Shown here one piece after another: positions 19,481-27,739 of a stretch of 64,000 bases of DNA. This stretch comes from Xanthobacteraceae bacterium (GTDB lineage Bacteria; Pseudomonadota; Alphaproteobacteria; Rhizobiales; Xanthobacteraceae), in the NCBI GenBank assembly GCA_030037895.1, contig JASHPW010000075.1:5899-69898 (forward strand). Direction: 5' to 3'. The stretch's first letter is position 1; every line of letters starts with the position of its first letter. The notes under the pieces are model-generated. The model searched no databases. It was given only the letters and a program-made list of their open reading frames with translations, and was not told where the DNA came from. The position numbers and the translations under genes were made by a program.

Positions 19481-20776
19481 TCAAAGACGCCACAGCTCGA
19501 TCCCCGGCGGACAGTTGCTCCTGTCCAGTTTTGCCTTGACGTCGAGAACGGCGCCGGCGCCATTTTGCAGAAGATTGGTGATCAGCGGCCAGCCTTCGTC
19601 GACGAAGGATTGGTGAGGAACAGCAAAAATTACCGCTTGCGCCGGCTGCAGCGCACGGCGCGGCAACAGTTCGATCCCGTGTTCGGCCTGGGCTTGCTCG
19701 CGATCGGCCACCGGATCGTGCACCTGCACCGGAATACCGAAACTCCGCAGTTCGCGGATAATTTCGGCCACCCTGGTGTTGCGGATGTCGGGGACGTTCT
19801 CCTTGAACGCCAGCCCGAGGATCGTGACCCGGGTATTCTCGTCGTTCCGCCTCCCATTGTTCCTGATCAGCATGCGGATGCACTGGTGCGCCACGCGGGT
19901 GCCCGTCGAGTCGTTCATGTGGCGGCCGGCAAGAATGACCTGCGGATGATAGCCGCAGCGTTCTGCCCGATGAGTGAGATAATAAGGGTCGACCCCGATG
20001 CAGTGGCCGCCAACCAGGCCCGGCGTGAACCTGAGAAAATTCCACTTGGTTGCCGCCGCCTCCAGCACGTCGCTGGTATCGATGCCAAGCTCGTGGAAGA
20101 TGGCCGACAGCTCGTTCATCAGGGCGATGTTGAGATCGCGCTGAGTGTTTTCGATGACTTTGGCGGCCTCCGCCGTCTCGATGTTGGCGGCGCGGTAGAC
20201 GCCCGCGGTGACCACTGAACCATAGACTTTAGCCACCACATCAAGTGTCGTTTCATCTTGCGCGGCAACAACTTTCCGAATCGTTTCGAACCGATGCTGC
20301 GCGTCACCCGGATTGATGCGCTCGGGCGAATAGCCGACGGTAAAATCAGAGCCGCAGGCAAGTCCCGAGGCTCGTTCGAGGACTGGGACACATTCCTCTT
20401 GGGTTGCACCCGGATACACCGTCGATTCGTAGACGACGATGTCTCCCCGCTTGAGCGCCGTGCCGACCGTTTGCGAGGCGGAAAGCAGGGCGCGAAGATC
20501 GGGACGGCGCGCCTCGTCTATCGGCGTCGGCACGGTCACAATGAAGAAGTCGGCCGCCCGCAGGTCGCCCGGATCATCGGTGATGTGGAGTTCCGAACGT
20601 CGAAGGTCGTCTGCGGCAACCTCACGGGTGCGGTCATGGCCGCTCCGCAATTCCCGGACGCGGCGGGAATTGATGTCGAACGCCACGACGGGGTGGCCGC
20701 GGCGGGAAAATGCGGTTGCAACCGGCAATCCAACATAGCCCAATCCAATGACCGCAATCTTTCGATCATAGGTCAT
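19481..20776 (-). CDS. UDP-HexNAc 6-dehydrogenase (TviB/WbpO-type nucleotide-sugar dehydrogenase)
   Basis: [23 protein letters not shown] is followed by [15 protein letters not shown] (catalytic Cys) and [16 protein letters not shown]. The start is set at ATG 20776. Confidence 0.85.
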   Translation of the reverse strand: MTYDRKIAVIGLGYVGLPVATAFSRRGHPVVAFDINSRRVRELRSGHDRTREVAADDLRRSELHITDDPGDLRAADFFIVTVPTPIDEARRPDLRALLSASQTVGTALKRGDIVVYESTVYPGATQEECVPVLERASGLACGSDFTVGYSPERINPGDAQHRFETIRKVVAAQDETTLDVVAKVYGSVVTAGVYRAANIETAEAAKVIENTQRDLNIALMNELSAIFHELGIDTSDVLEAAATKWNFLRFTPGLVGGHCIGVDPYYLTHRAERCGYHPQVILAGRHMNDSTGTRVAHQCIRMLIRNNGRRNDENTRVTILGLAFKENVPDIRNTRVAEIIRELRSFGIPVQVHDPVADREQAQAEHGIELLPRRALQPAQAVIFAVPHQSFVDEGWPLITNLLQNGAGAVLDVKAKLDRSNCPPGIELWRL

Positions 20777-21096
20777 AGTTGCAACTATACGATCAATACG
20801 CCCGATCAACTGCGAATCTATATACCTGCCTTCAGGCGTTCGTGCGTTGCGTGGTCGCTATCGGCGCGTGTCTCGGAATAAATATGGTATTCTCCGTCAC
20901 GGTCTTTGAAGGCGTTTTGAAAATTCCAAGGACTCCAAATTGGCGGATCTTTCCTGCTTCCGGCGGCGCTCATTTTGTCGCGAATCATTCTCCTGCCGTC
21001 ATCATGCATACCCAGTCCCCCTGGTTGGCATGGATAGTCTAGCGTGGGATGCGAGTTTCTGCAAACTTAAGACGGATCGACCGCGCTTCCATAAGG

Positions 21097-21104
21097 CTTG
21101 CGGT
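21097..21104. repeat. Left copy of the 8-bp target-site duplication CTTGCGGT
   Basis: An identical 8-mer directly flanks both terminal inverted repeats (21097-21104 and 24098-24105). Confidence 0.85.
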
Positions 21105-21123
21105 GGTAGTGGTACAGTTTGAA
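21105..21123 (+). repeat. Terminal inverted repeat (left) of the IS1-family transposon
   Basis: GGTAGTGGTACAGTTTGAA matches the reverse complement of 24079-24097 at 19 of 19 positions. Confidence 0.9.
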
Positions 21124-21124
21124 C

Positions 21125-21454
21125 CTACCGCGTGCGGATTATGGCGATCTCACCGCGAACTTGGTCTAGCATTTTGGCGTAAAGCTTCTGTCCCTCTTCG
21201 TCGATAACATCGCGCATTCCAGGGTGTTCAGCGATCAGTGGCTGCTCAATGAAGCCGAGAAAATCGCAACGCGTCAAAACCGCGCGTGCGGCCGTATCCA
21301 AGTCCACGGATTTGGGGGCAACAGCTATTTCCTCTCGCACAAGGCAATCGTTCATGGTTTTACGCGCGGTGTCTTGCTGCGCTTTGTCAGCTTGCGAGTG
21401 CGAAGCACACCCAGCGAGTGCGAGGATTAACAAATATACGGTGGCTTGGCGCAC
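21125..21454 (-). CDS. Small putative lipoprotein (transposon passenger)
   Basis: The GTG at 21454 lies 6 nt downstream of a GGAGG. The N-terminus (V)RQATVYLLILALAGCAS is a signal peptide with a lipobox. This is the 3' part of track ORF 21125..21808. Confidence 0.45.
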   Translation of the reverse strand: MRQATVYLLILALAGCASHSQADKAQQDTARKTMNDCLVREEIAVAPKSVDLDTAARAVLTRCDFLGFIEQPLIAEHPGMRDVIDEEGQKLYAKMLDQVRGEIAIIRTR

Positions 21455-21483
21455 ATTCAGCCTCCAAGTTAACTGAGTCCCTT

Positions 21484-22359
21484 CTAAGCGGCAGCGGACA
21501 CCCGTATTGCTTCCCAGTCTTCGAGTACCTTTACCATATCGACCATTTCCCAAAGCTTCGACGTGACACCCGCCGCCATCGCTGGCGTAATCTTCAAGGT
21601 TTGATGGATGCGAACGAAATTGTAGTGCATGAAATAGATTGCCATCATATGCGCGTGGTTTTCTGCCTTCTTTGAGAATGCATTGGTGAGCCGCGTCATG
21701 CGACGATTGCCCATCCTGATATTCAGATTTTGTCGTTCCGCGTAGCTGGTCGAAACGTGCTTGGGATCGGGATTGCCTTCGACGCGATGTTTTACCGCAC
21801 CGATGCATTCTGTCGGGCTATAACGTCCTTGACCTTCCGGAGCGGGCCCGTACACCTTGACCAGCATCGCATAGTCAATATCCGAGCCGAACGCGCCCTC
21901 GACCGCTTCAAGATAAGCTTTGTGACCGTCGCTCGTTAGCTGCACGCGGTTAGCGAGTCGCTTGGCGAGATCATCCATGAAAATCATTGCCGCATTGCTG
22001 TCGCGGCCTCCAACATACCAAGAGACAGCGAGCTTGCTTTGGGCGTCTAGTCCAACCCACGTCCAAATGTCGCCTGCGCCTTTCGGGGCGGCTTTCACGG
22101 TTGGCACGTTCTTTTGTTTTGCGTAGCAAAACGCCCACGCCTCATCAACTTGGATGCGTTTGCACCGCAGGTTTATGAGCGTGCGGTCTTGGTATTCGGA
22201 AAATGCCTGTCCGGCATCCTCTAAAAGTTTTTGCAGCGTGGTCCGGCTAATGCCGGTCAACCGAGTGATGGCCCGCAGGGAGATGCCCTCAGCCATCATT
22301 TGAAGGACTTGGACACGCTTTACGGACGGAAGCTTGTTCATAGGCATGATAATATACAC
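21484..22359 (-). CDS. IS1-family DDE transposase (single ORF)
   Basis: 291 aa. The N-terminal HTH reads LRAITRLTGISRTTLQKLL. The DDE region includes VDEAWAF and TSDGHKAY. The IS1-type C-terminal signature is YAERQNLNIRMGNRRMTRLTNAFSKK...HMMAIYFMHYNF (compare IS1 InsB [25 protein letters not shown]). Confidence 0.85.
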   Translation of the reverse strand: MYIIMPMNKLPSVKRVQVLQMMAEGISLRAITRLTGISRTTLQKLLEDAGQAFSEYQDRTLINLRCKRIQVDEAWAFCYAKQKNVPTVKAAPKGAGDIWTWVGLDAQSKLAVSWYVGGRDSNAAMIFMDDLAKRLANRVQLTSDGHKAYLEAVEGAFGSDIDYAMLVKVYGPAPEGQGRYSPTECIGAVKHRVEGNPDPKHVSTSYAERQNLNIRMGNRRMTRLTNAFSKKAENHAHMMAIYFMHYNFVRIHQTLKITPAMAAGVTSKLWEMVDMVKVLEDWEAIRVSAAA

Positions 22360-22426
22360 TCATGCAAGAGCGGTCAAGCATAACATGATAGTTTAGACGT
22401 GCTTCCCGGTTTCGATCCGATCATTG

Positions 22427-22462
22427 GCGTAACCGGGATACACACTTGCGTAACCGGGATAC
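22427..22462 (+). promoter_or_regulatory. Two perfect 15-bp direct repeats GCGTAACCGGGATAC, 21 bp apart start to start; candidate operator in the divergent promoter region
   Basis: The copies lie at 22427-22441 and 22448-22462, between the transposase start (22359, minus strand) and the RHH-like gene start (22498, plus strand). Confidence 0.45.
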
Positions 22463-22497
22463 GCGTACTATGTTGTTGGAGCAAAACGGAGTCCACC

Positions 22498-22842
22498 ATG
22501 AAAGCCGCACGCAACCGGGTCGAAAAGTATCGGAAGGAAGGTGGGGCAGCCGGTCTCATTCGGGTGGAGGTGCTTATCCCGCCCATGGCCCGTGGTGAGA
22601 TCGTGGCCCATGCTTCGCGCCTCCGCGCAGCACATCGCAACGACAAAGAGCTGTGGTCCCTCTACGACAACACACTCCGGTCCTACGGCCCGCGCATCCT
22701 TGATAACGTTGATCTCGACCGGCTCCCCGATCAAAGATCGCGTGCCGCTGTGGTTGCCCGCGCGATAATTGATCGTGGCGATGCCCGTGCATTTGCCATA
22801 GGCCGGGAAATGCTCGACCGCGTAGCAGCAGTTCCAGTGTAA
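22498..22842 (+). CDS. Small RHH-like protein, candidate antitoxin/regulator partner of the downstream nucleotidyltransferase
   Basis: The ATG at 22498 follows a GGAG with 7-nt spacing. The N-terminus KYRKEGGAAGLIRVEVLIPPMARGEIVAHASRLRAAH has a strand-helix pattern typical of ribbon-helix-helix proteins. Its stop lies 1 nt before the next ATG. Confidence 0.4.
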   Translation: MKAARNRVEKYRKEGGAAGLIRVEVLIPPMARGEIVAHASRLRAAHRNDKELWSLYDNTLRSYGPRILDNVDLDRLPDQRSRAAVVARAIIDRGDARAFAIGREMLDRVAAVPV

Positions 22843-22843
22843 G

Positions 22844-23665
22844 ATGGCTTTAACGAATCTCCAAAGCGGAATCCTTCGCACACTCGCCAAGAATCGCTCG
22901 GAAACGAGCTACTTGGCGGGAGGGCTGATGCTCAATAAAAACTGGCACAGGCGTTCCGATGACATCGACATCTTCCATGACACCGACGAGGAAGTAACAG
23001 GGACTGCAAAAGCCGACCTCGCTACACTGAAGTCCGCAAGCTACAAGGCCGAAACGGATTTCATCACTTACGGCGCCGTAGAAGCTACCGTTTCCGACGG
23101 AAGCTCATCAACGATTATACAATGGGCCGCTGACACAAAGCGCCGCTTCTTTCCCCTTGTGAAGGATGAAGAATGGGGTTCTCGTCTTCATCAGGCAGAC
23201 CTTGCAGTCAATAAGGTACTGGCCGCTGCTGGACGCTCTAAAGCCCGCGATATAGCCGATCTGGTCGCCATCGGAGCTAATTATTGCCCACTTGGTCCGC
23301 TAATCTTAGCCGCCGCCGGCAAACCACCGAACTTTTCGCCACGGAGGACAATCGACGAGATACGTCGCCATGCGTTCTCAATTCCTGCAGAAGAATTCAC
23401 AGCAGTGAAGGGACTGCCTTCTAATTGGTCGCCCGAGTTCATACGCGACGAAACAAACCGACTCCTCAATTCCGCGGACCAATACATCATGAATGTTTCT
23501 ATAGACCTTGTTGGTGTTCTTGTGGTGGACAAAAAGGGCGTTCCAACAGAGCAATCAGATGCCAACCGCAATGATGTCAAACTAAGGAAAGCGACAGAAG
23601 AACCCGAGGTAATGCCCGATCCCGTGGAATTCAACGCGGTAGGCTGGGACCCCTCTCATCCCTGA
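22844..23665 (+). CDS. AbiEii/AbiGii-like nucleotidyltransferase (type IV toxin family, DUF1814-like)
   Basis: YLAGGLMLNKNWHRRSDDIDIFHD matches the GG...R.S.DiD.F nucleotidyltransferase motif. KVLAAAGRSKARDIADL matches the K..A...R...RD..DL motif of AbiEii. Confidence 0.55.
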   Translation: MALTNLQSGILRTLAKNRSETSYLAGGLMLNKNWHRRSDDIDIFHDTDEEVTGTAKADLATLKSASYKAETDFITYGAVEATVSDGSSSTIIQWAADTKRRFFPLVKDEEWGSRLHQADLAVNKVLAAAGRSKARDIADLVAIGANYCPLGPLILAAAGKPPNFSPRRTIDEIRRHAFSIPAEEFTAVKGLPSNWSPEFIRDETNRLLNSADQYIMNVSIDLVGVLVVDKKGVPTEQSDANRNDVKLRKATEEPEVMPDPVEFNAVGWDPSHP

Positions 23666-23783
23666 GTACATCCGCCACGCGACCCTATGCCGCTTGAAGG
23701 CGCGCCAATTCGGTCTCGAATTCGAACCGCAATCGCGCCCCGTCCTCGTGCGGCAGCCTATTTTGCCCACTTCATAATTCCGT

Positions 23784-24035
23784 TTATTTGCTCCAGCGGG
23801 CCTTGGCCGCCTTACGGGCTATATCGGCACGCTGTGCCGCTGACATTTTGTCAGCTCTCGCCCTGCCGCCCTTCAAGCCGCCTTTACGGCCCAAGGCGAC
23901 GGCAGCTTGATCCTTGTTAAAGTCCTTAGAGGGAAGCGGCGCACGATCTTCAACTTGGCCGGTCAAAATATCGCCGATCAGCTTGCTTAGCTGTACGGGA
24001 TCGCGGGGGCGGGGAAGGCGCTTTGCTGTCATCGT
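23784..24035 (-). CDS. Small basic protein with a KGG-like motif (transposon passenger), function unknown
   Basis: MTAKRLPRPRDPVQLSKLIGDILTG...ALGRKGGLKGGRARADKMSAAQRADIARKAAKARWSK. The start is set at ATG 24035. The gene lies wholly inside the transposon. Confidence 0.4.
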   Translation of the reverse strand, partial: TMTAKRLPRPRDPVQLSKLIGDILTGQVEDRAPLPSKDFNKDQAAVALGRKGGLKGGRARADKMSAAQRADIARKAAKARWSK

Positions 24036-24078
24036 GGCAGTATGCCATCGGGCAACATAGGACGCCACCGGGCAGAAT

Positions 24079-24097
24079 TTCAAACTGTACCACTACC
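24079..24097 (-). repeat. Terminal inverted repeat (right) of the IS1-family transposon
   Basis: TTCAAACTGTACCACTACC is the exact reverse complement of 21105-21123. Confidence 0.9.
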
Positions 24098-24105
24098 CTT
24101 GCGGT
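24098..24105. repeat. Right copy of the 8-bp target-site duplication CTTGCGGT
   Basis: Identical to 21097-21104. Confidence 0.85.
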
Positions 24106-24169
24106 TTGTCGGTTGAGCCTGGGCCGATCACACGATATAAAGCGCATTCTCATTGTCCGACAACTCCGG

Positions 24170-27100
24170 ATGGACGGACAGGGGCAAGATACCTGCAGAT
24201 GGCGCCTTGGCTTGGCCGACGTAAGAATCGGCCAAAGATGGAACACCGCCCTTATGCCGCTCGTCGCCCTTGAGATTTTGCCGCAGCCCCACGAATGGCG
24301 AGCGTATGGCGGAACGTGGCGGGGCAACGTTTTCGAGGTCGATCCCGCACTCGTCGCGATCGATTTCAACGAGCCGCTGCTGGTATCACCTGATTTTGCT
24401 CTCAAGGCTGGCCAGTTCATGACCTTTACATTCTCGGCGTATTTCGGCGGCGGCGCTGCTTATTGCCTGCACATCGTCGAGGGTTCCCGCAACCGCCGCG
24501 TCCATAGCCGTCTGTTCGAGGCCATGGACGGCGACGCCCGACTGTCGCTTGCCTTCCGCGCCAGAAAGTCGGGCTCTTACCGGCTGGTTCTGGAGCACTA
24601 CGGACGTCCGAGGCGGAGCAAGCCGACCATCACGGCGCCGTCGGTCTCGGTGCAGGCCGTCGGCGCCGGCGCCGTCCGCAAGGGCCGGCTTGCCGAACTC
24701 AGCGTGGTCGCGGAGGAAAGCGATGACGCTCGCTATCTGCCACATTGGAACCCGATCCAGCGCCTCATTCACCGTCGCTGCCGTGCGTCGCGGGCGTTCA
24801 ACAATATCGTGGCGGCCATCGAGATGCGGCTTGGTCGCGAAGAGCTTCTCAGCCTCCCGCAGTACATGGGCCTTTGCCCGACGGGACAGTGCAATGCGCT
24901 GTGCGATTTCTGCTCGGTCACCATCAACCGCACCGGAATCATCAAGAAGCAATTGCCGTATGACCGCTTGGAAAACTTTTTGGCGCCGGTTACGAATACC
25001 ATACAAATGTATGGGATCGAGGGCAACGGCGAGCCGACGCTGTACACGCGTTTCCCCGAGTTGGTCGAAAGGCTCACGCGCGGGGGCGCCAGGGCCTATC
25101 TCATCACCAACGGCTCCCGGCTGCAGGTCGGCGACGTGCCGCTGCTGCTGACGCTCGCCTCGGTCAGTTTTTCTCTCAACGCCGCCACGGCCGAGACGCA
25201 TCGTTTGATCATGAAGCTGAAAAACTTTGAGGAGATCGGCGAAATCATCCGCGCGCTCGCCCGCGACCGTGGCCGCCCGGATGCTGCTTTGGATAAGGTA
25301 CCGAGCATCTATGTCTCCTTCGTCGTGACCAACGATAATGTCCACGAAGTACAAGACTTCCTGCGTTTTGCTGACCAGGACCTCGGGGTCGATGTCGTTC
25401 TCGTGCGGCCGTTGGCCGAGCTTGGCAACGATTTGGGAACGGTCGAGGACGTGCGTCATATCGTGCCATATGAAAGCGACGTCAGGGACATGACCGAGGC
25501 GGTGCGCGAATACATGCACGACGTTCCCGGAAACGCCGAAATTCGCATCGCACCCGAGACGTTTCGCTCCGTCCGTCCCGATCCGGTGGGACATGTCGTC
25601 ATGCCGCGCGGCTTCGAGGGGCGGCTCCTCGCCCCGCGTCGCGACGATTGGGAGGCGCTGCATCCGGGCGTCGTCGCTGTCTGGCATCTCAACAGCGCGT
25701 GCCTCGTATTTCCGGCCGTCGATGGCGAACTCCTGCGCTCGCAGCCCGTTCCTGTCGAGCCGGAACGCGAGCTGCAATTCAAGGCCCAAATCGCCGTATC
25801 GGGAGAGCCGGTGCGGCTGCTGATCGAAGATGGCGAGCACATGATTGTAGCGGAAGCCGTGCTCGCCGATACCGGCGGCCGGACCATTCCCCTCGAGCTG
25901 AAAATTCAGACCCGCCGCGCGAGCGCGCTCTCGTTCGTGCTTGCAGGTCACGGCCGTGCCGCGCGGTTGGATATCGATTTCGAGCGCCTGCGCACGCCGG
26001 CGCCTTACGTGAGCAGGGAATTTTGCATCCCGCCCAGCAGGCGATGGGAGGTCTGCGTTCCGGGCGCGGACGTGGAGTGGAGCGACGACGTCCTGCGGCT
26101 GCGATCGGCCACGGGCGGAGGGCCCTACCTGCTGAAAAGCTACAGCGTGCCTTGCGCCCGCGACAGCACGATCGAGCTTCCGGTCGAGGTGGACGTGCGC
26201 GAAGGGATGATCGACATCGGAGTTCTCGACCAGGCGGGCGCGTATTTGCAGACTTTCCAATTCGCGTCCGGCCATGCCGCTTCCCGCGTGTTCTTCAATA
26301 CCGGCGGCAATGACGGCGTACAGTTGGTCCTTTCCGCCCCCCCAAATCAGCCGCTCGATGCGGCCATCCGCTGGCTCAAGCCCCGGCTGATCGTGGAGGG
26401 CGACGAAGAGCTTCCGATCCGGCTGCCGAATGCGCCGGAATGGGCGGCCTGTGTGCCGGATTTGCAGATCGATCGACGCGCGGATGGCGTATCTCTGTCG
26501 TGGCAAGGCGAGGGCAGTCCGTACCTGCTCAAGAGCAACAAGGTCCGTTGCCGTCCTGGTCGCGCGACCAACGCGCATGTCCTCGTTCGAGTGGAGGCCG
26601 GCCGTTTATGCCTCGGCGTTCTGGACGGCACCGGCGCGAGGTGGTTGAGAACCGAAACAGTGCGCGAGGGCACGCATCAGGTCCAACTCGACTTCGACGC
26701 CGACGGGAGTGACGGGGTGTTCTTCGTGTTATCCGCGGTCGAAGGCGTCCCGGTGACGGCAAGCATCGACCTCTCGAATAACGGCCTTCTGCGGGGCGTC
26801 CCGGACGCGAAATCGGGCGATCGAGAGTCCCTGCCGGTTCTCGCGCTGGCGGAGGCTGCGGTGCGAAGCGCATCCGATGCGCCGGTAAGGACGATCGATA
26901 GGCGGCCGCCCACGGCCCCGGTGTCGCTCGCGGTTCCGCCCCGAAGGGAAGAGGCGAGCCCGCAGCTTCGGAATGGTCCCGCCGAAGGAGACGCGGCGAT
27001 CAAGACGCCGCCTGGATTCCCGTTGGCACCCGAAGTTCCCTTCTCTCCCGGCGGGCCGGACGGTGCACCGGAACGGATGCCGGCTGCCGCCGCGCAAACC

Positions 27101-27655
27101 TTCATGAACGACTTGGTCGATGCCTCTCCGCTTCGAGCGGTCGAGCCAAGTCGCGGCTCCGCCGCGCGCGATCGAGGGCCGCAGCCGGCCCGCAAAGGGT
27201 CGGAGCGCGCGTTTCCCGCCGTGAAGCGCCCGGCAACCCGCACGCGCTATTATTGTCAAAAGCCATGGACCGATCTCCATAATTTCACCGTTGACGGCCG
27301 CATGGATGTGTGCTGCATCGCCACGGGCGCAAGCCAGGAACGGTATCAGGTTGGAAATCTCACGCGGCAGACCTTTCAGGAAATCTGGAATGGGCCGGTC
27401 ATGCGCGAGTTCCGGCGCACGGTAAATAGCGACAATAAGCTTCCGCCTTGCGCGCGCTGCCCGATGAGCTATGCGTACCAGGGATTCTGGTTCGATCCGT
27501 CCAACACGCGCGACGAGGTGTCGGTTCTAGTGACGGCGATACTAAAAAAATTGCGAATGCTCTGGCTCGCAGGGCCCGCAGCGAAGTTGTGCGATCTTTT
27601 GCTTGACCATGTCGTCTTCAGAGGGTTCAACCGGGAAACGCGTTGGATGAGCTAA
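24170..27655 (+). CDS. Giant radical SAM protein with repeated beta-rich modules, a Pro/Ala-rich linker and a distal SPASM-like Cys-rich domain
   Basis: The CxxxCxxC motif (CNALCDFC) is encoded at 24890-24913, followed by GNGEPTL and a TIM-barrel-like region. Repeated ~100-aa modules lie at about 24290-24607, 25649-25957, 26045-26347 and 26435-26743. A Pro/Ala-rich stretch spans about 26840-27247. YYCQKPWTDLHNFTVDGRMDVCC...GNLTRQTFQEIWNG...PPCARCP lies at about 27248-27472. The track ORF starts at 24023, which is inside the transposon, so the first ATG outside it (24170) is preferred; 24254 is also possible. Confidence 0.85.
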   Translation: MDGQGQDTCRWRLGLADVRIGQRWNTALMPLVALEILPQPHEWRAYGGTWRGNVFEVDPALVAIDFNEPLLVSPDFALKAGQFMTFTFSAYFGGGAAYCLHIVEGSRNRRVHSRLFEAMDGDARLSLAFRARKSGSYRLVLEHYGRPRRSKPTITAPSVSVQAVGAGAVRKGRLAELSVVAEESDDARYLPHWNPIQRLIHRRCRASRAFNNIVAAIEMRLGREELLSLPQYMGLCPTGQCNALCDFCSVTINRTGIIKKQLPYDRLENFLAPVTNTIQMYGIEGNGEPTLYTRFPELVERLTRGGARAYLITNGSRLQVGDVPLLLTLASVSFSLNAATAETHRLIMKLKNFEEIGEIIRALARDRGRPDAALDKVPSIYVSFVVTNDNVHEVQDFLRFADQDLGVDVVLVRPLAELGNDLGTVEDVRHIVPYESDVRDMTEAVREYMHDVPGNAEIRIAPETFRSVRPDPVGHVVMPRGFEGRLLAPRRDDWEALHPGVVAVWHLNSACLVFPAVDGELLRSQPVPVEPERELQFKAQIAVSGEPVRLLIEDGEHMIVAEAVLADTGGRTIPLELKIQTRRASALSFVLAGHGRAARLDIDFERLRTPAPYVSREFCIPPSRRWEVCVPGADVEWSDDVLRLRSATGGGPYLLKSYSVPCARDSTIELPVEVDVREGMIDIGVLDQAGAYLQTFQFASGHAASRVFFNTGGNDGVQLVLSAPPNQPLDAAIRWLKPRLIVEGDEELPIRLPNAPEWAACVPDLQIDRRADGVSLSWQGEGSPYLLKSNKVRCRPGRATNAHVLVRVEAGRLCLGVLDGTGARWLRTETVREGTHQVQLDFDADGSDGVFFVLSAVEGVPVTASIDLSNNGLLRGVPDAKSGDRESLPVLALAEAAVRSASDAPVRTIDRRPPTAPVSLAVPPRREEASPQLRNGPAEGDAAIKTPPGFPLAPEVPFSPGGPDGAPERMPAAAAQTFMNDLVDASPLRAVEPSRGSAARDRGPQPARKGSERAFPAVKRPATRTRYYCQKPWTDLHNFTVDGRMDVCCIATGASQERYQVGNLTRQTFQEIWNGPVMREFRRTVNSDNKLPPCARCPMSYAYQGFWFDPSNTRDEVSVLVTAILKKLRMLWLAGPAAKLCDLLLDHVVFRGFNRETRWMS

Positions 27656-27739
27656 TATCTAGCATCCGGCGAAGCGTGAGGCGGAGACTGTCGTCCGAGG
27701 CGGCGTTAAACGATCTTTCCTCGCAGGCTGGGGGAGCTG

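Larger units (their letters stand above)
21105..24097. mobile_element. IS1-family (ISMhu11-like, single-ORF) transposon carrying passenger genes, 2,993 bp
   Basis: The 19-bp terminal inverted repeats are perfect: GGTAGTGGTACAGTTTGAA at 21105-21123, and its reverse complement TTCAAACTGTACCACTACC at 24079-24097. The ends fit the IS1-family GGnnnTG consensus. The element is flanked by the 8-bp direct repeat CTTGCGGT. It contains an IS1-like DDE transposase and looks more AT-rich than its flanks by eye. Confidence 0.85.

Noticed and set aside
23784-24035. The small ORF next to the radical SAM/SPASM gene, considered as a possible RiPP precursor peptide.
   Set aside because: It is on the opposite strand, lies between the transposon inverted repeats and so arrived with the mobile element. 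It is a Lys/Arg-rich KGG-like protein without a leader/core layout or a Cys/Ser/Thr-rich core. No other short ORF with precursor features was seen beside the gene.
24023-24169. The track start (24023) of the radical SAM ORF, which would add ~49 N-terminal residues.
   Set aside because: Positions 24023-24097 lie inside the IS1-family transposon, including its right inverted repeat, and overlap the minus-strand passenger gene 23784..24035. The frame is open there by chance. A start at 24170 or 24254, outside the element, is more credible.
24170-27655. The radical SAM/SPASM protein, considered as an anaerobic sulfatase-maturating enzyme linked to the sulfotransferase.
   Set aside because: I recognised no sulfatase-like ORF with the (C/S)xPxR target motif in the window. 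The protein is about three times the size of anSME and has extra repeat modules. The idea stays only as a remote alternative.
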